A program made the position numbers and the translations under genes. From a virus (taxonomy: Duplodnaviria > Heunggongvirae > Uroviricota > Caudoviricetes): a stretch of DNA of 7,700 nucleotides. Under the pieces are notes generated by a model. It was not told the DNA's origin and did not search any database. It saw only the letters and a list, made by a program, of their open reading frames with translations. Shown here in pieces: positions 6,817 to 7,700 of the stretch. Location: the IMG/VR virus record IMGVR_UViG_2529292718_000010, one strand, 5' to 3'. The first letter of the stretch is position 1; the number at the start of each line of letters is the position of its first letter.

Positions 6817-7175
6817 CTTATTATCCTGCATTGTTAAAAACGGCAGAATCCTATGTGACAACAATTAAACGATAGTTAAATGGATTGATGAAAATTAAAA
6901 CTATATAGGTGGATGCTCAGCCTATTGGAGGAGGGGGGCACTCAGAATCCTGTGGAATGAAATAAACCGCTCTTTCTGTCCATTACCCTTTTAGCTGCGC
7001 TGTATCGTCGCCGTATTCCCGCATTAACCATGACCGTAGCCCGACGGGGAATTCCTTCTGCGTGAGTGTGCGGGAATAATCAAAAACGATGCACACCGGG
7101 TTTTACTGTGCTGACAGACGCAGGGTTACCCTCATAGTCGCTTTTCCGGTGCGATGGTGGAAGAAACCGGGATGT

Positions 7176-7326
7176 TTATTCATCATCACTCTGGATTGAT
7201 GTATATGCTCTCTTTTCTGACGTTAGTCTCCGACGGCAGGCTTCAATGACCCAGGCTGAGAAATTCCCAGACCCTTTTTGCTCAAGAGCGATGTTAATTT
7301 GTTCAATCATTTGGTTAGGAAAGCGG
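7176..7326 (-). pseudogene. ylcI: ylcI-like (DUF3950) gene, 5'-truncated by IS1
   Basis: Minus-strand reading from the IS1 junction: ...(I)RFPNQMIEQINIALEQKGSGNFSAWVIEACRRRLTSEKRAYTSIQSDDE-stop. This matches my recollection of the YlcI/YnfO family motif NIRFPNQMIEQINIAL.QKGSGNFSAWVIEACRRRL. The first ~18 codons are replaced by IS1 starting at 7327. Confidence 0.5.
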
Positions 7327-7349
7327 GGTAATGACTCCAACTTATTGAT
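7327..7349. repeat. IS1 terminal inverted repeat
   Basis: GGTAATGACTCCAACTTATTGAT matches the canonical IS1 end sequence. Confidence 0.85.
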
Positions 7350-7700
7350 AGTGTTTTATGTTCAGATAATGCCCGATGACTTTGTCATGCAGCTCCACCG
7401 ATTTTGAGAACGACAGCGACTTCCGTCCCAGCCGTGCCAGGTGCTGCCTCAGATTCAGGTTATGCCGCTCAATTCGCTGCGTATATCGCTTGCTGATTGC
7501 GTGCAGCTTTCCCTTCAGGCGGGATTCATACAGCGGCCAGCCATCCGTCATCCATACCACGACCTCAAAGGCCGACAGCAGGCTCAGAAGACGCGCCAGT
7601 GTGGCCAGAGTGCGTTCACCGAAAACGTGCGCCACAACTGTCCTCCGTATCCTGTCATACGCGTAAAACAGCCAGCGCTGACGTGATTTAGCACCGACGT
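7342..7700 (-). CDS. insB: IS1 transposase InsB, C-terminal part (5' end outside window)
   Basis: Minus-strand frame is open from the window end to the stop at 7342-7344: ...[118 protein letters not shown]. The ORF-track 97-aa ORF is its 3' part starting at an internal GTG. Several substitutions versus the IS1 InsB I recall. Confidence 0.85.
   Translation of the reverse strand, partial: VGAKSRQRWLFYAYDRIRRTVVAHVFGERTLATLARLLSLLSAFEVVVWMTDGWPLYESRLKGKLHAISKRYTQRIERHNLNLRQHLARLGRKSLSFSKSVELHDKVIGHYLNIKHYQ

Larger units (their letters stand above)
7327..7700 (-). mobile_element. IS1, partial (right inverted repeat plus 3' part of insB); continues beyond window end
   Basis: Begins GGTAATGACTCCAACTTATTGATAG (the IS1 terminal inverted repeat), followed by the reverse complement of the insB 3' end. 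A full 768-bp IS1 would end near 8094, outside the window. Confidence 0.9.

Noticed and set aside
6604-6864. Plus-strand ORF 6604-6837 and the N-terminal extension of bor (track start 6864)
   Set aside because: The first is antisense to bor. The bor extension lacks an RBS, whereas the Met at 6816 has AGGA upstream and gives the canonical 97-aa lipoprotein.
7376-7691. Plus-strand ORFs 7376-7666, 7441-7686 and 7497-7691
   Set aside because: Antisense to IS1 insB; known IS1 coding is on the other strand.
1-7700. CRISPR arrays, tRNA or rRNA genes
   Set aside because: No regularly spaced direct repeats and no tRNA-like or rRNA-like segments were seen. The only repeats are IS termini and the hairpins described.

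Overview
This window is an IS-bounded remnant of a DLP12-like lambdoid cryptic prophage, E. coli/Shigella-like. All calls rest on reading the six-frame translations and on recall of protein families; no database search was run. Left to right: the 5' part of an IS21-family element (istA on the minus strand, running off the window start, so it is absent from the ORF track) inserted into the 3' end of a tyrosine integrase gene; an xis-like ORF and an unknown 92-aa ORF (minus); a probable deletion scar keeping only the last ~16-19 codons of a ybcO-like gene; rusA, ylcG and the Q antiterminator quuD (plus); a cluster of four hairpins forming convergent terminators; an intact nmpC/Lc-type porin gene (minus); an AT-rich intergenic region; the lysis cassette essD (S21-type pinholin), rrrD (SAR endolysin), Rz and embedded Rz1 (plus); bor (minus); a short degenerate stretch; a 5'-truncated ylcI-like gene; and a partial IS1 running off the window end. 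Most of this is well-described prophage content and I see no obviously new multi-gene system. What deserves a second look is the set of specific lesions: the IS in int, an apparent Lys at the catalytic glutamate position of the endolysin, the deletion junction with a divergent unknown small ORF, and IS1 in ylcI. No tRNA, rRNA or CRISPR array was recognised.
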